From Cetorhinus maximus (taxonomy: Eukaryota): 64,000 bases of DNA. Made by a program: the position numbers and the translations under genes. Of this stretch, positions 12,766-26,763 are shown piece by piece; positions within the stretch are counted from its first letter, which is position 1; the number at the start of each line of letters is the position of its first letter. Location: NCBI RefSeq assembly GCF_964194155.1, contig NC_135882.1:106640001-106704000 (forward strand). Direction: 5' to 3'. The notes under the pieces are model-generated. The model worked only from the letters and a program-made list of their open reading frames with translations. It searched no databases and was not told the DNA's origin.

Positions 12766-15030
12766 AGCACTGAGGGTGGCAAGGGTGGAGCATGCACTCT
12801 GGGTGGGGGACTTCAATGTCCATCACCAAGAGTGACTCGGTAGCACCACTACAGACTGAGCTGGCCGAGTCCTAAAGGATAAAGCTGCTAGACTTGGTTT
12901 GCGGCAAGTGGTGAGGGAACCAACAAGAGGGAAAAACATACTTGACCTCATCCTCACCAATCTGCCTGCCACAGATGCATCTTCCCGTGACAGTATGAGG
13001 TGCTGTGGACCATCAGCAGCAGCAGAACCATACTCGAACACAATCTGTAACCTCATGGCCTGGCAAATCCCCCACTCTACCAATACCATCAAGCCTGGTT
13101 CAATGAAGAGTGCAGGAGCGCATGTCAGGAGCAGCACCAGGCATACCTAAAAATGAAGTGTCAACCTGGTGAAGCTACAACACAGGATTACTTGCATGCT
13201 AAACAGCATAAGCTCTGCAGTGTGAATGGTGATGGACAATTAAACAATTTACCGCAGGAGGAGGCTCCACAAATATCTCCATCCTCAATGATGGGGGAGC
13301 CCAGCACATCAGTGTAAAAGATAAGGCTGAAGCATTTGCTACAATCTTTAGCCAGAAGTGCCAAGTGGATGATCCAACTCTGCCTCCTCCGGAGGTCCCC
13401 AATGTCACAGATGCCAGTCTTCAGCCAATTCAATTCACTCCACGTGATATCAAGAAACAGCTGAAAGCACTGGATAGTGCAAAGGCTATGGGCCCATAGA
13501 ATATTCCGGCAATAGTAACTGAAGGATTGTGCTCCAGAACTTGTCGTGTCCCTAGCCAAACTGTTCCAGTACAGCTACAACACTGGCATCTACCCGGCTT
13601 TGTGAAAATTGCCCAGGTATGTCCTGTACACAAAAAGCAGGACAAACCCAGCATGGCCAATTATAGGCCCATCGGTCTACTCTTGGTCGTTAGTAAAGTA
13701 TTGGAAGGGGTCATCAACAGTACGGTCAAGTGGCACTTGCTTAGCAATGACCTGCTCGCTGATGCCCAGTTTGGGTTCTGCCAGGGCCACTCAGCTCCTG
13801 ACCTCATTACAGCCTTGGTTCAAGCATAGACAAAAGAGCTGAACTCCAGAGGTGAAGTGAGAGTGACTTGCCCTTGACACCAAGGCCGCATTTGTCCGAG
13901 TGTGGCATCAAGGAGCCCTAACAAAACTGGAGTCAATGGGAATTGGGGAAAACTCCACTGGTTGGAGTAATACCTATCACAAAGGAAGATGGTTGTGGTT
14001 GTTGGAGGTCAGTCATCTTGGCTCCAGGACATCACTGCAGGAGTTCGTCAGGTTAGTGTCCTCGGCCCAACCATCTTCAGCTGCTTCATCAGTGACCTTC
14101 CATCATAAGGTCAGAAGTGGGGATGTTCGCTGATGATTGTGCAATGTTCAGCACCATTCACGACTCTTCAGATGCTGAAGCAGTCCATGTCCAGATGCAG
14201 CAAGACCTGGACAATATCCATGCTTGGGCTGATAAGTGGCAAATAACATTTGTGTGACACAAGTGCCAAGCAATGACTATCTCCAACAAGAGAGAACCTA
14301 ACCATCACCCCTTGATGTTCAATGGCATTACCACCACTGGATCCCCCCCAGGATCAACATCCTGGGAGTTACCATTGTCCAGAAACTGAACTGGACTAGC
14401 CATATAAATACTGTGGCAACAAGAGCAGGTCAGAGACTAGAAATCCTGCTACGAGTAACTTACCTCCTGACTCCCCAAAGCCTGTCCACCATCTACAAGG
14501 CACAAGTCAGGAGTGTGATGGAATACTCCCCACTTGCCTGGATGAGTGCAGCTCCCACAATACTCAAGAAGCTTGACACCATCCAGGACAAAGCAACCCG
14601 CTTGATTGGCACCACATCCACAAACATTCACTCCCTGCACCACTGACGCACAGGAGCAGCAGTGTGTACCATCTACAAATGCACTTCAGGAATTCACCAA
14701 GGCTCCTTAGACAGCACCTTCCAAACCTATGACCACTACTATCTAGAAGGACAAGGGCAGCAGACAGGTGGGAACACCACCACCTGGAAGTTCCCCTCCA
14801 AGTCACTCACCACTCTGACTTGGAAATATATCATCGTTCCTTCACTGTTGCTGGGTCAAAATCCTGGAACTCCCTCCCTATAACAGAACTGTGGGTGTAC
14901 TTACACCACATGGACTGCAGTGGTTCAAGAAGGCAGCTTACCACCACCTTCTCAAGGGCAACTAGGGATGGGCAATAAATGCTGGCCCAGCCAGAGAAGC
15001 CCACATCCCGTGAATGAATTAAGAAAAAAA
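12766..15030 (+). mobile_element. LINE-A (CR1-group) copy, 5'-truncated with internal deletions
   Basis: GDFNVHH, PTRGKNILDLILTN, NYRPIGLL, QFGFCQGHSAPDL, FADDC, 3' tail with A-rich end. Confidence 0.9.
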
Positions 15031-16171
15031 TAGTTTCCTGAACTTGTTCCTTCTCCCTCTTAATATAGGAATTACGGCAGGCCCCAGCCCTCTGGCACTT
15101 TTTTCTAATGAATTTTTATGAAAATATAATAGTGCCCCTGCTATCTCTTTAATTTTTTTAATAAGCATTCTCTCTGTTTATCAATTTTCTCCCATTTTCT
15201 ATCTCAAGTGTCTTTATCTTTATTGATCTATTTTAATGTCATGTCCATCAGGTTAGTCTTGCTGGTAAATATTGAAGCAAAGTAATTAATATTTCTGTGA
15301 TTTTTGCTGTGGGTTTACCTTGTGTATCCCTTGGCCAAATCCCTATCCTGATTTTTATTTAATTGTGCCTGTAGAATACTTTATTTCTTTTTATATTCCT
15401 TGATACCTTAATTTTGTAGTTTTGTTGTCTCCCTAGTTTATTTTTTACTTAATCTTTTCTCATTCCCTTTTGCCATCCTTCTCTTTGTCAATGTGTGTGC
15501 CGTTTTCATTAGTTTCAGTTTTGTCTTTGTCCATGCTGTGTCATTACTGGCTAGTTTGTTCTTGCTTTCTAGTGGGATAAAATTCTTCAAGACAACTTAC
15601 CACTGTTTTAGTAGGAAGCAGTACATCTGTTACATACCTTATTGGAAAAAGGACTTATCATAAACTTAAGACCGAAGGCGGTCAGTCATCCAGCTGTTGT
15701 GCCTGTGCTGGTTCTTTGAAAGAGCAGCTGTGCTCGGTCTCACACCTCCGCATTTTTTCCATAACCACCTAAGTTGCCTTTCATAATTTAGAAATATTTC
15801 CGTGTGCAAGGCCAGAACTAGGGGTCATAAATATGAGTCACCAATAAATCCAATGAAGAATTCAGAAAAAACTTCTTTACCCAGTGTGTGATTAGAATGT
15901 GGAACTCATTACTACAAGTAGTTAAAATGAATTGTATGGATGCATTAAAGGGAAATCTAAATAAGCATATGAGGGAGTGTGGAATAGAAGGAACAGTTGA
16001 TAGGGGTTAGATGAATTGTAGAAGCATGAACACCAGCATAAACCTGTTGGGTTGAATGGCCAGCTTCTGTACTGTTAATTCTTGTAAGAATAATTTCAAG
16101 TGTAAAGGTTTGTAGAATTGTAAGTAATATATTTTGAAATTAAATTTAATATTTTTTCCAATCTTTTTCAG

Positions 16172-18006
16172 GTCTGTTATTGTCATGTGTCATCCTTGTC
16201 TTATCCCAAAGGGCACTCTTCAGACTGTACGTGTTTGGCTGTGTTATTCTACTTGCTGCAACTTCTGTCCTAGTAAACTACTACACCACACTCCACATAG
16301 ATTTCTACAATGCATACTACTCTGCTGTGTTTGGGATGCAGCTTTTACCACGCAATGGCCCAACATTGTGGTTGGCCCTTATTGCAGTTCAGCTCACAAT
16401 TGGCATTGGATATGCAACATTACTGAGCATTCCATCAGTTTTTTCTGCATTGACCATGGTAAACTTCTTACTGCCTATACTAGGCCTGGCCTTGGAGTTA
16501 CCAGAAGATATTCAGAATCTGTTAGTTGCCTTTTCAGGTGTGTATATAACAGCACAGACTGTATTTTATGTAACTCTGAATTTAAAATGGTTTTATTATA
16601 CAATAAGATATGTTTATTTGCTGGTACGGCATATGTATCGTATATATGGATTACAAGTTATTGTGGAGGACACATGGAAGAGGATTCGTTTTCCTGATGT
16701 ATTAAGGGTTTTTTGGTTGACTCGGCTAATGGCACAAGCCATTATTTTAGTTTATGTTGTTAAAGTAACACAAAGTGATTCAGAGAACAAAAGCTACTTT
16801 ATTTCTTGGAGTGACAGCTGGGAAGTGCTCTGCAGTCTCATTATAAGTGGGTGTGACTCAACATTGACTGTCCTGGGCATGAGTGCAGTCATCTCATCAT
16901 TAGCACACTACTTGGGACTTGGAATCTTAGCCTTCATTGGGTCTACTGAAGAGGAAGATAAACGCTTGGGGTTTGTGGCCCCAGTTTTATTTTTCATTTT
17001 GGCGCTGCAGACAGGTTTGAGTGGACTGGAACCTGAAGAAAGACTAGTTCGCCTCAGTCGCAACATGTGCCTTCTGTTGACTGCAATCCTGCATTTCATT
17101 CATGGAATGACGGACCCTGTGCTGATGTCACTTAGTGCCTCCCATGTTTCTTCGCTCAGAAGACACTTGCCTGTTCTCATGGTTTCCATTAGCCTTTTCA
17201 TTCTTCCAATTATACTCAGCTGCACCTTGTGGCAGGTCCACACGCTGAACACTTGGCTGTTTGCTGTGACAGCATTCTGTGTTGAATTGTGCTTAAAAGT
17301 AATTGTTTCCCTTACTGTGTACACTCTGTTTATAATTGATGGATACTACAATGTGTTATGGGAAAAACTAGATGATTACATTTACTATGTTCGCTCAACT
17401 GGCAATGTTATTGAGTTCATTTTTGGAGTGATAATGTTCGGAAATGGAGCTTATACAATGATGTTTGAATCGGGTAGTAAAATTCGTGCCTGTATGATGT
17501 GCTTACATGCTTACTTTAACATTTATTTGCAAGCTAAAAATGGATGGAAAACATTTATAAACCGGAGGACTGCAGTTAAGAAAATTAACTCTCTGCCAGA
17601 AGTAAGAGGCAACAGGTTGCATGATATTGGTGATGTATGTGCAATTTGTTACCAGGAGTTCACCACTTCAGCACGCATTACACCTTGTAATCATTATTTC
17701 CATGCCCTTTGCCTGCGCAAGTGGCTGTACATTCAGGATACATGTCCTATGTGCCATCAGGGAGTGTACATTGAGGATAACCAGAATGAAAGTTCAGTAT
17801 TTGTCAATAACAATGGAAATGTTCCACAGCATCAACCAGTAGTGGAAAATTTGGTGGTGGCAGCTGCTGCTGTTGATGCTGACAGTGATCTCAATGAAGA
17901 CAATGACAGCATTGAGTATGATGAAGAAGAGTGGACAACTCAAAACGGCAATGCAGGAGTGGAGGATGAGTACCTCGATGATGATACAGATGCAAGTGAT
18001 GAGTGA
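16172..18006 (+). CDS. RNF139: E3 ubiquitin ligase RNF139/TRC8, large last coding exon (multi-pass membrane region, RING-H2, acidic tail)
   Basis: Acceptor ...ccaatctttttcag at 16171, phase 1; open frame to TGA 18006; strongly matches TRC8 (KWFYYTIRYVYLLVRHMYRIYGLQ; CAICYQEF...PCNHYFHALCLRKWLYIQDTCPMC). Confidence 0.97.
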
Positions 18007-18340
18007 GGCTCATCGAGTGACTGTAGAGATAAGTTGCAACTTTTAAAACAAAGACTGCCAATCAAACATCAGGGAAGGAAGTGATTTTTTTTCTTTGCTT
18101 AGGTGATTGTTCAGAAGTTATGTCAGACCAGTGATAAGAAGGGGTTAGGAAATAAACTACATTCCACTTATCACTGGAGTGCAGAATAGACAAAGCACAA
18201 CAGCTGTGAAAAGACACTGGTTATGGACAAGCAATGGTTTTCAGCCAACTTATTTATTATGACCTGCTGTTGTACTGTTTACCTCTTTAAAAAATGCTGG
18301 CCTCTTGTTCAACCCTAAAATTTGTGTATACTGTACATGA

Positions 18341-18376
18341 AATAAAAGTTTGACTTATATAAAATTCTTTAATAAA
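18341..18376 (+). terminator. Candidate RNF139 poly(A) signals (AATAAA at 18341 and 18371)
   Basis: Upstream TGTA motifs and downstream GT-rich ctgggtgtgttt. Confidence 0.6.
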
Positions 18377-19019
18377 GTTGCTGGGTGTGTTTAACATAAT
18401 TGAAGTTACATGTGATGTAATTAATACCAGCCTCTTCAGGAACCTACTTAAAGAAAGGATCTTGCCATGAGTACTGGTTTTATTTTTTCCTACTTTTTCC
18501 AAAGTGAGTGATCCATCATGAGTTACAGCTCCACAAATAGCTGGTACCTCATGCAGGTGGACTTACTTCTGCGTGGACTTAGAGGGCAAGTATTAGTGAG
18601 CTATTGAAGAAACTTTATACCAAAAGACATTGGATAAAGCTCAAGAGCAGGAACCCTTGGATTCTGTTTTTAACCTAGTGATGCTGAGATCAATTATAGC
18701 AAGCATTACTATCCCAACTGGAATCAACCGAACAGTACAGGCTAGGATTAAATTTATGATTTTATTGCTCCAAAAGGTAGTATGAGACTATCTGTACAGA
18801 TTATTGGAAATTTCCTCCCCCTTTACTATCTATCTGATCTAAGCCTTTCAGCATACCTTTTATTTCATTTTCTAGCATGTACTCATTGATTTTTCCTTTG
18901 AAAGCATCAAAGCTGTTTGCCTCAACTATTTCCTGTGGTGAGTTCCACATTTTAATCTCTCTTCATTATTTGCCTCAAAAACTACAACTCTGCAGCCTCA
19001 ATTCTTCTCTACATTGCTT

Positions 19020-19340
19020 CAGTGATCGTCCAGCATTCACTTCCGTATATCAAAATTGGTGTGATGTAGCATTTCAGGATTCTCAGCTTTGTTTTAATGG
19101 CTAATTTTGAGTTAATCATCTTTTTCAGTTTTTGAAATGCACCTTTTGGCCATTCCAATCCTTCGCCTTATTTTTTAGTCGCACTTTCTGTCTGATGTTA
19201 ACAATACTTCCTAGGTAACAAAATTTGTCTACTTGTGTGACCTATTCATTCTTCACTGTGATCTTATATTCTGATATGACTTTACCTTTGGACAATGCCA
19301 GACATTTTGTTTTCTTAGTTTAGGCTTAGCCCTTCTCACT
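19020..19340 (-). mobile_element. RTE-clade LINE RT C-terminal fragment
   Basis: VDKFCYLGSI...IRRRIGMAK.AFQKLKKM...KTKLRILKCYITPILIYGSECWT. Confidence 0.8.
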
Positions 19341-19589
19341 TTCACTCACTATCCAAAATCTTTTTTAGTCTCTCTTCAGAGTCTTATTTCCTTATAGGAT
19401 TTATGAATGGTCCCTAGTTTTGGATTCTCCCACAAATGGAAATATCCTATATCTACCTTGTCCAACCCCTTCATAACTTTAAAGACCTTTATTGGGTTTC
19501 AGTAACAGTCCCAACCAGTTCAATCTTTCTGAAGGTGTAATCTCTCAGTGCCAGTTCCATCCTTGTGAATCTTTTCCTGTATCTCTATT

Positions 19590-19860
19590 TATGGTGATGG
19601 GCTTTCCACTATCATCCATTATCAGCCCACTGACTCCCATCTAAATTCCTGTAGACTTCACTACTGTGTCGCCATTGCAGCTGCTCTTATGTCTCTACTT
19701 ACCACACCAGGGTTTCTGAAATGTCCTCCTTTATCCTCAGCTGAGTCCCTGTCACATGGTCACCAGGATCCTTGACCAGCTCCATGCTATTTCCCATGTT
19801 CCAGCTCTTTCTCCTCTCCACTGTGACACGATTCCCTGTTGTTCACATCTTCCACTTCAG
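19590..19860 (+). mobile_element. Penelope-like RT fragment
   Basis: GDGLSTIIHYQPTDSH matches the PLE RT motif (TxIHYKPTDSH). Confidence 0.6.
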
Positions 19861-20299
19861 AGACCATCAGAATAATTGTGGAAAATGTAAAAACTCTCAC
19901 TAGTGTTGAATCACATTGCCAGAACACAGATTTTAACTCTGCACATTATCCTTCGTTTGGCCTGGCTTACTTTAGCCTACATTGTTTATTCATGTCTTTG
20001 GTGAGTTTTTAATATTATATCCATGTTGTCCTGACTTCAGCTTTTGGACATATCTCACCCATTATCCATCTATAAGCCTTAATAGTGAATGTCAGCAAGC
20101 TATTGAATTGCAGAGACATCAGAGTTGAACCAATTTTGTCCTTACCCAACATCCACTTGTACAATTTCTAGCAATTTGCTGCATGGCAAAAAGGAACAAG
20201 AACCCTCTTTTTTCTCTTCCCAATCCAATAAATAATATTGGAATCTATTGTTGCATCTCTAACACCATCGTGGTTTTGATCAGTGAACCAGTCAGAGAC

Positions 20300-20400
20300 T
20301 GAGTTCTAAAGAAGAGTAGTATGGACTCAAAGTTAACCCTTTTCTCTCTCCACAGATGCTGCCAGACCTGCTGAGTTTTTCCAGCACTTTTGTTTTTAAT
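20300..20400 (+). mobile_element. Penelope-like terminal repeat fragment
   Basis: gagttctaaagaagagtagtatggactcaaagttaac...cacagatgctgccagacctgctgag. Confidence 0.65.
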
Positions 20401-20919
20401 CAGAGATTGGGTCATCTTTGGCTTATATTGCTCTGCTAATCACGGGATTAATTTGGAAAAACCATCATGGGAAACTATCCTAATATTTTTATTCCAGGAC
20501 CACATTTTTGAAGCTGTTTATTGAAAAGTTGAAGTTGCCCCATAGTTATTTAATTACCTAGACTGCCATTTAAAGAAATACATAATATTAATTAAGGTAC
20601 CTGAAAAATGTAGTACAATATTTGTGCAGAAAACACAACCTGCAAATTTGTGAGTGTCTGGTTCAATTGGCATCACACTTGCTTGAGTTGAAAGGCTGTT
20701 TTAAAGTCCCATACCAGGACATGGGTTTGTACTTCAATGTGGCACTGAGGTGGTGGTGCTCCATTGTCAGATGTAATTCTTCAAATAAGACAAATCAAGG
20801 CATTCTGTTCCTGTGGTTCAAATGGATGTTGAGGAATCCATAATTCAATAAGAGCAGCAGGGAATTATTCTGGTGTTTTTATCACCAAAACCTGGTCATT
20901 CAGCTAACTAGGATTAGGA

Positions 20920-21730
20920 CTAAACTATTTGTTTAGCCCCTTGAACCTGTTCCACCATTCCGTGAGACCATGGCTGATCTGTGACCTAACTCAATATACC
21001 TTAGTTTCTTTCCATATCCCTTAATACTTTAGGTGGGCAAAAATCTTAGCAATCTCAGATTTAGAAGAAACAATTGTTGACATTTGCTGAAGAGTTCCAA
21101 ACTTCTTCTACGTTTGTGTGAAAGATCTAGCTCTATTTTTTAGGCTATGTCTCCTAGTCCTGAACTCCCCAACCAGCATAAATAATTTCTCTCTAACTGC
21201 CTCATCAGTTCTTCTTAATATCTTGTAAACTTGGTTCAAATCACCCTTAACTTCTGAATTCCAGAGAATACAACCCTAGTTTGTGTAATCTTTCCTTGTA
21301 ATTTAACCCTTTGAGCTAATGGATAACTCTACTCAATTTATGCTACACTCCCTTCCAAGCCAATATATGCTTCTTAAGGCCTAGTGCCCAGAATGACTCC
21401 CACTAGTCCAGGTGTAATCTAATTAGTGTTATGTATAGTTATCATAACTTCTACCCTGTGTGTCCTAGATATAAAGTCCAGCATTCCATTAAGCCAAAGA
21501 TTAAAGCAAAATACTGTGGATGCTGGAAATCTGAAATAAAAACAGAAAATGCTGGAAAAACTCAGCAGGTCTGACAGCATCTATGGAGAGAGAAACAGCT
21601 TTTTTCAGAGCTAAAGAAAAGCCATTAAGCCATCTTGATTATGTTTTGTACCTATCCATGGCATTTAAATGATCTTTGTGCATGGACCCAGCAGTCTGTT
21701 TGGGCCTCCACTGTTTGTAGCATTTCACCA
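20920..21730 (-). mobile_element. CR1 3' fragment containing a Penelope repeat at ~21500-21615
   Basis: CR1 tail and RT-region similarity; inserted aaagcaaaatactgtggatgctggaaatctg... Confidence 0.7.
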
Positions 21731-24422
21731 TGAATTAAGTAGCATGGAGGGCAGCTGGAGCAAGTAGAGCTTCAACAGCTGAACCCAAGTGAGTGAGGGA
21801 ATTCTAACCGTTTTAAGGCTTGATCTCTTCCTAACATCTAGTCAGGTTTTGCATTTAGCATTTAATGTTAACTAGTTTCTTTTGACCTGAGTCAGTGATA
21901 AGCAAGCTGCCTGATAGTGGCAGCTGTACAATGAGTTAATTAGGTGGCTAGTCAGAACTAGTTCCCTAGTCAGTATAGCCTGGATCAGGTCTTTGAAATT
22001 CTAGCTAGTATAAAGGAGGTTTCTCCTAACACACAGAATACAGCTCTGATAGAGTACAGATTTGACAGCTTTGACTGAACTTGGGAATTTGGTGAGTGAG
22101 GGAAGAGATGTTCTGGTCTTCTACAGAACAAGGATTGGTCTGAAAGGGGGAGCAGGACACAGTGTGACCTGAGAGCTGAAGTCGAGAGGCATTAATTAGG
22201 TTAGCAGCTAAGTGATTGGTGAGATTTAAGGTTTATTTTTCTCTCGACTGGGGCAGTATTTCAAAACTGAAGAGATATAAATACTGTATTAGATTCATAG
22301 ATTAACTAGTTATACTACTTAACATACCTACAAATAATCATTGAATGGTATTTCTAAACTCTAAACCCTAATTTGTTTTAACAAAATACAATAAAAATGG
22401 CAGGGTGATGTTTTGCAGCTACAGCATGTGGGAGCTGGTGGACACCACTGTGATCTGCAGTAAGTTCTGCAGAAGTTCAAGGAACTTTGTCTGAGTTGAT
22501 GAGCTGGAGTCTGAGCTTTGGAAACTGATGCATCAGGGAGGGAGAAAGTTACCTGGATACTTTGTTCCAGGAGGCAGTCATGCCTCTTAGGTTAAGTACT
22601 TCAGATTTGGTCTGTGGCCAGGGACAAGAGGATGTAAATACGAGTGAGGCAGGTATGGAGATCCAGGAAGTAACACTGGAGTAGCTTCATCCCTTGCATT
22701 TGTCCATACAGACTGCAAGATTCTTGTACCTGTTGGACAAGAGCAGGGACTCCAGGAGCATGAGCAAACTAACTACAGAACTGTGGTACAGGTGGCATTC
22801 AAGTTGGAGTAGAAAGGAATGTAGTAGGGGACAGTATAGTTAGGGGATAAATATTGTTTTCTGCAGCTGTGTTAGAGCCCTGAAGGCTGCATTGCCCGCC
22901 CCGTACCAGAGTTAAGGACATCTCGGAGCTGGAGAAGAACATTGAGTGGGAAAGGAAGGATCCAGTTGTGGTCTACATGAGTACCAATGGCATAGGTAAG
23001 ACTAAGGAAGAGGTTTTGCTAAGGGAGTATGAGCAGCTAAGGGCTCAATTTAAAGCAGAACTATAAAGATAATCTCTGGATATTACCTGAGTCATGAGCA
23101 AACTGGCATAGGGAAATAAGATCAGAGAGTTAAATGTGTCGCTCAAAGGTTAGTGTGGAAGAATTGGGTATGAATTCATGGGGCACTAGCAGCAGTACTG
23201 GGAAAAGAGGGAACTACTGTTGGGACAGGCTTCATCTGAACCACGTTCAAATCTATCCTGGAAAATTGTCTAACTAGGGTTGTAGAGAAGCTTTAAATGA
23301 AATAGAGGAGAGGGGAGGGTTCTCATGAGGGGCGATTTAGAAAGTTAATGAGAAAAGACAAAGTAACAGTGTGGAGTAATGATAACCAGAGTGTGACAGG
23401 AAGGGGCAGTATGTTCAAACATTAGAATTCACCAGAAAATAGGGTCAGAGTAGGAGAAAAATGATGAAAAGGCAAAATAAAGGGTTCTTTATCTGAATGC
23501 ATGCAGCATTCATAACAAGATAGATGAATTGATGGATTTGATATGATAGCCACTACTGAGACATGGTTGCAAAGAGACCAAGGCTGGGGACTGAATATTC
23601 AAGGATATTTGACATTTCATAAGGAAAGGAAAAGGAGGTGAGGTAGCTCTGTTAATAAAGGATGAGATCAGTGTGTGAAATTATCTTGGCTCAGAAAATC
23701 AACATGCAGAATCAGGTTGGATGGAGAAATAGCAAGGGAAAGAAATCACTGGTGGGAGTAGTTTATAAGCCCTATAACAGTAGCCATACAGTAGGACAGA
23801 GTATAGATCAAGGAGTATGGGGGATTGTGAGACATATACTTCAAAATACTCACTCTTATGTCCCTCACTTATGATTTTAATCTTCATACAGATTGGACAG
23901 ATCAAATATCAAAAGTAGCCTTGAGGATGAGTTCATAGTGGGTATGTGAAGCAGTTTCTTAGAAAAATACATTCTAGAACCAACCAGAGAGTTATTTTAG
24001 ACCTGGCAAAGCACAGTGGGACAGAATTAATGATCTCACAGTAAGGAATCCTCTTGGGAAGAAAGATTATAACATGATTGAATTTCACATACAGTTTGAG
24101 GGTGATAAACATGGTGCTAAAACAGGGAACAGAACAGGGATCTTAAACTTAAATAAAGGCAATTACAAAGGTATGAAGTCAGAGTTAACCAAAATGGACT
24201 GGGAAAATAAGTTAAAATATAAGATGGTAAATAAGCATTGCAGGCATGTAAGGAGATATTTCATAACTCAACAAAGATATATTCCATTGAGAAAGAAAGA
24301 CTTGAGAAGGATGCACAATGATGCATAAGGAACTTAAGGATGGAATTGAAGGAAAAGGCATACAATTCTACCAATGATGGCTAAAAATAATAGAGCGAGA
24401 AATTAGAATGAGAGTAAACTTG

Positions 24423-25677
24423 TGTTCGGAACTGCAGGTAATTTAAGTAAGTTATATTTGTATTTATGGATGTTAGGAATGAGTTTTAGCTATAAGTTTA
24501 AGTTTAATATGTGTTTCTGTATCGGTATGTTAAGAAAGGAGGAACTTGAGTTTCATTTTCATTTTAAAAGCTGCCTGTAAGTCTGAGGGCTTTGTCGTGT
24601 ACCTGCATTGTTAATGAGGTTTTATGACTCTTGAAGTAGAAAATTGGGTTGTTGCATAGCAACTGGGGCCCACAGAGACAGGGAGAAACAGAACAGAAGT
24701 TTTTTTTTTTAACTCAGTTGAAACCAGGAGAAGTGCAGGAACTGCAGAGAGCTGATTTCCCAAAAGAGCTGAAAGGTCCCAAAGCCAAGGAGTAGGAGAG
24801 GGCCCCAAGAAGACCTTCTAGTGAAAGGAACAGAACAGGGATTTGGAAAAAGTCTTGCTAAGTAAAGTTAAGAGTGAGGAGCAGAAGAAGGCTCCAAGTT
24901 TAAAGGGAGAAAGCTGCGGGATGCAGACTTAAAGCAAAATAGGCTTGTGAGAAGCCAGAAGATCCGAGGAGACAGCCAAAGGTTGGTGAGTCCTTACTAT
25001 GAGAATGTGAAGCAGTGGTGTTCTATTGGCATGGCTGAGTATCTGAGAGAGAGCGCATGGAAGGCAAAGCTTCAATGCACATGGTGATCCAAGGGAGAGG
25101 AACATCAGGTGGAGAGTTTGAAACCCTGGAGGTGGGCCCTTGTGGAAGGCATCTGAGAGAAAGTGTCATTTGGGAGAAGATTCCAAAACGGGTTCTTCGA
25201 GAATGGAGATTGGAAACCCTCATGTGAAAGACAGATTTCAGTGAGACCGGTTGGCTCACGGTATAACAAGTGCCTGGGGGGGAGTTGATGAAGGATCCAT
25301 AGCATCTGTTTGGGTGGTATCTGTCACTTGGCTTCAAAGTGTGATGTGCCTGACCACAGGTTGTCTATTGGTTTACATGGACTGTGTATCTACTGTGAAC
25401 ATGAGAGTGTGAGATAGCTTTTGTAACTTGTGTCATCCTTGTGAATCTGTGTATATCTGTAAAGGTATAGTTTGTGAAGAAGTGATGTAATATAGTTCTC
25501 TTCTTGTTAAATAAATGTTTTATTCTTTTGTTAAAAGTTCATCAGCTGACTCCTGTGACTCTGTTCTGTGGCCACCCTCCACGTTTCTAAACAATAAATA
25601 AAAGCTAGGATCTATAAAGCCAGGTTCCACTCTGGGATCTGGCTTGTCCAGTAATAGCATCAGCTGGCATCATAACA
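24423..25677 (+). mobile_element. Solo LTR (1255 bp)
   Basis: Termini TGTT...AACA; flanks cttg/atag fit a decayed 4-bp CTAG TSD in host CR1 (aaactagcaag); AATAAA near the 3' end; no coding capacity. Confidence 0.65.
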
Positions 25678-26024
25678 ATAGCAAGAAATATTTTAAAAAG
25701 TAAGCGCTTCTACAAGTATATACAAGGAAGAGAGTAGCTAATGTAAACATTGGGCTCTTAGAGGATGAGATTGGGGAATTAATAATGAGAAATAAGAAAA
25801 TGACAGAGGCTTTAAACAAGTATTTTGTATCTGTCTTCATGATAGAAGACACAAAAAGCATCCCAAGAATAGAAAATCAAGGAGCAAAAGGGAGGGAGGA
25901 ACTTAAATCCCTATCACTAGAGAAAAAATACAAGGAAAACTAATGGAACTAAAGGCTGACAAGCCTCCTCGACCTGATGGCCTGCATTCTAGGGTCTTAA
26001 AAGATGTGGCTGAATCTTCCAAAA

Positions 26025-26763
26025 CCTGGTAGAAAGAACAAGGAAAGACAATGCAAAATAAATTCTAAAGGGAGATCAGAGCAGAGGCACCTGGGTGTAT
26101 ATGTGCATAAGTCATTGAAGGTGAATAGGTTGAGAGAGCAGTTAATAAAGCATGCAATATCCTGGGCTTTATTAATAGTGGCATGGAGTACAAGAGCAAG
26201 GAGGTTATGTTGAACTTGTATAAGACACTTGTTCAGCCTCAGCTGGCGTGTTACATCCAGCTCTGGGCACTGTAATGCATTGGAGAGAGACAGAAAAGAT
26301 TCACAGGAATGGTTCCAAGGATGAGGAAGTAATTATGAATATAGATTGGAGAAGTTAGGACTGTTTTCCTTGGAGAAAAGAAGACTGAGAGGAGATTTGA
26401 TAGAGGCATTCAAAATCGTGAGGGGTCTGGATGGAGTAGATAGGGAGAAATTGTTTCCACTCACGAAAGGATTGAGAATGAGAGGGCACAGATTTAAAGT
26501 AATTGATAAAAGAAGCAAAAGTGACATGAGAAGAAACTTTTTCCTGCAGTGAGTGGTCAAGGTCTGGAATGCACTGCCTGGGAGTATGGTGGAGGCAGTT
26601 TCAATTAAGCATTCAAATGAGAATTAGACTGTTATCTGAAAAGTAAGAATGTGCAGGGTTACGAGCAGAAGGCGGGGAAATGGCACAAAGTGAATTGCTC
26701 ATTTAAAGAGCCAGTGCAGACATGATAGGCCGAATGGCCTTCTGCACTGCAACAATTCTGTGA
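26025..26763 (+). mobile_element. CR1 3' fragment (attctgtg-tail subfamily) nested in CR1
   Basis: LEKLGLFSLEKRRLRGDLIEAFKI; host resumes aaattccctag after aatcttccaaaa. Confidence 0.8.

Noticed and set aside
16180-16182. ORF-track start codon for RNF139
   Set aside because: It is an internal TTG; the exon begins at the splice acceptor (16172)
16134-16697. 187-aa overlapping ORF in another frame of RNF139
   Set aside because: Starts at a TTG in the intron; no recognisable homology
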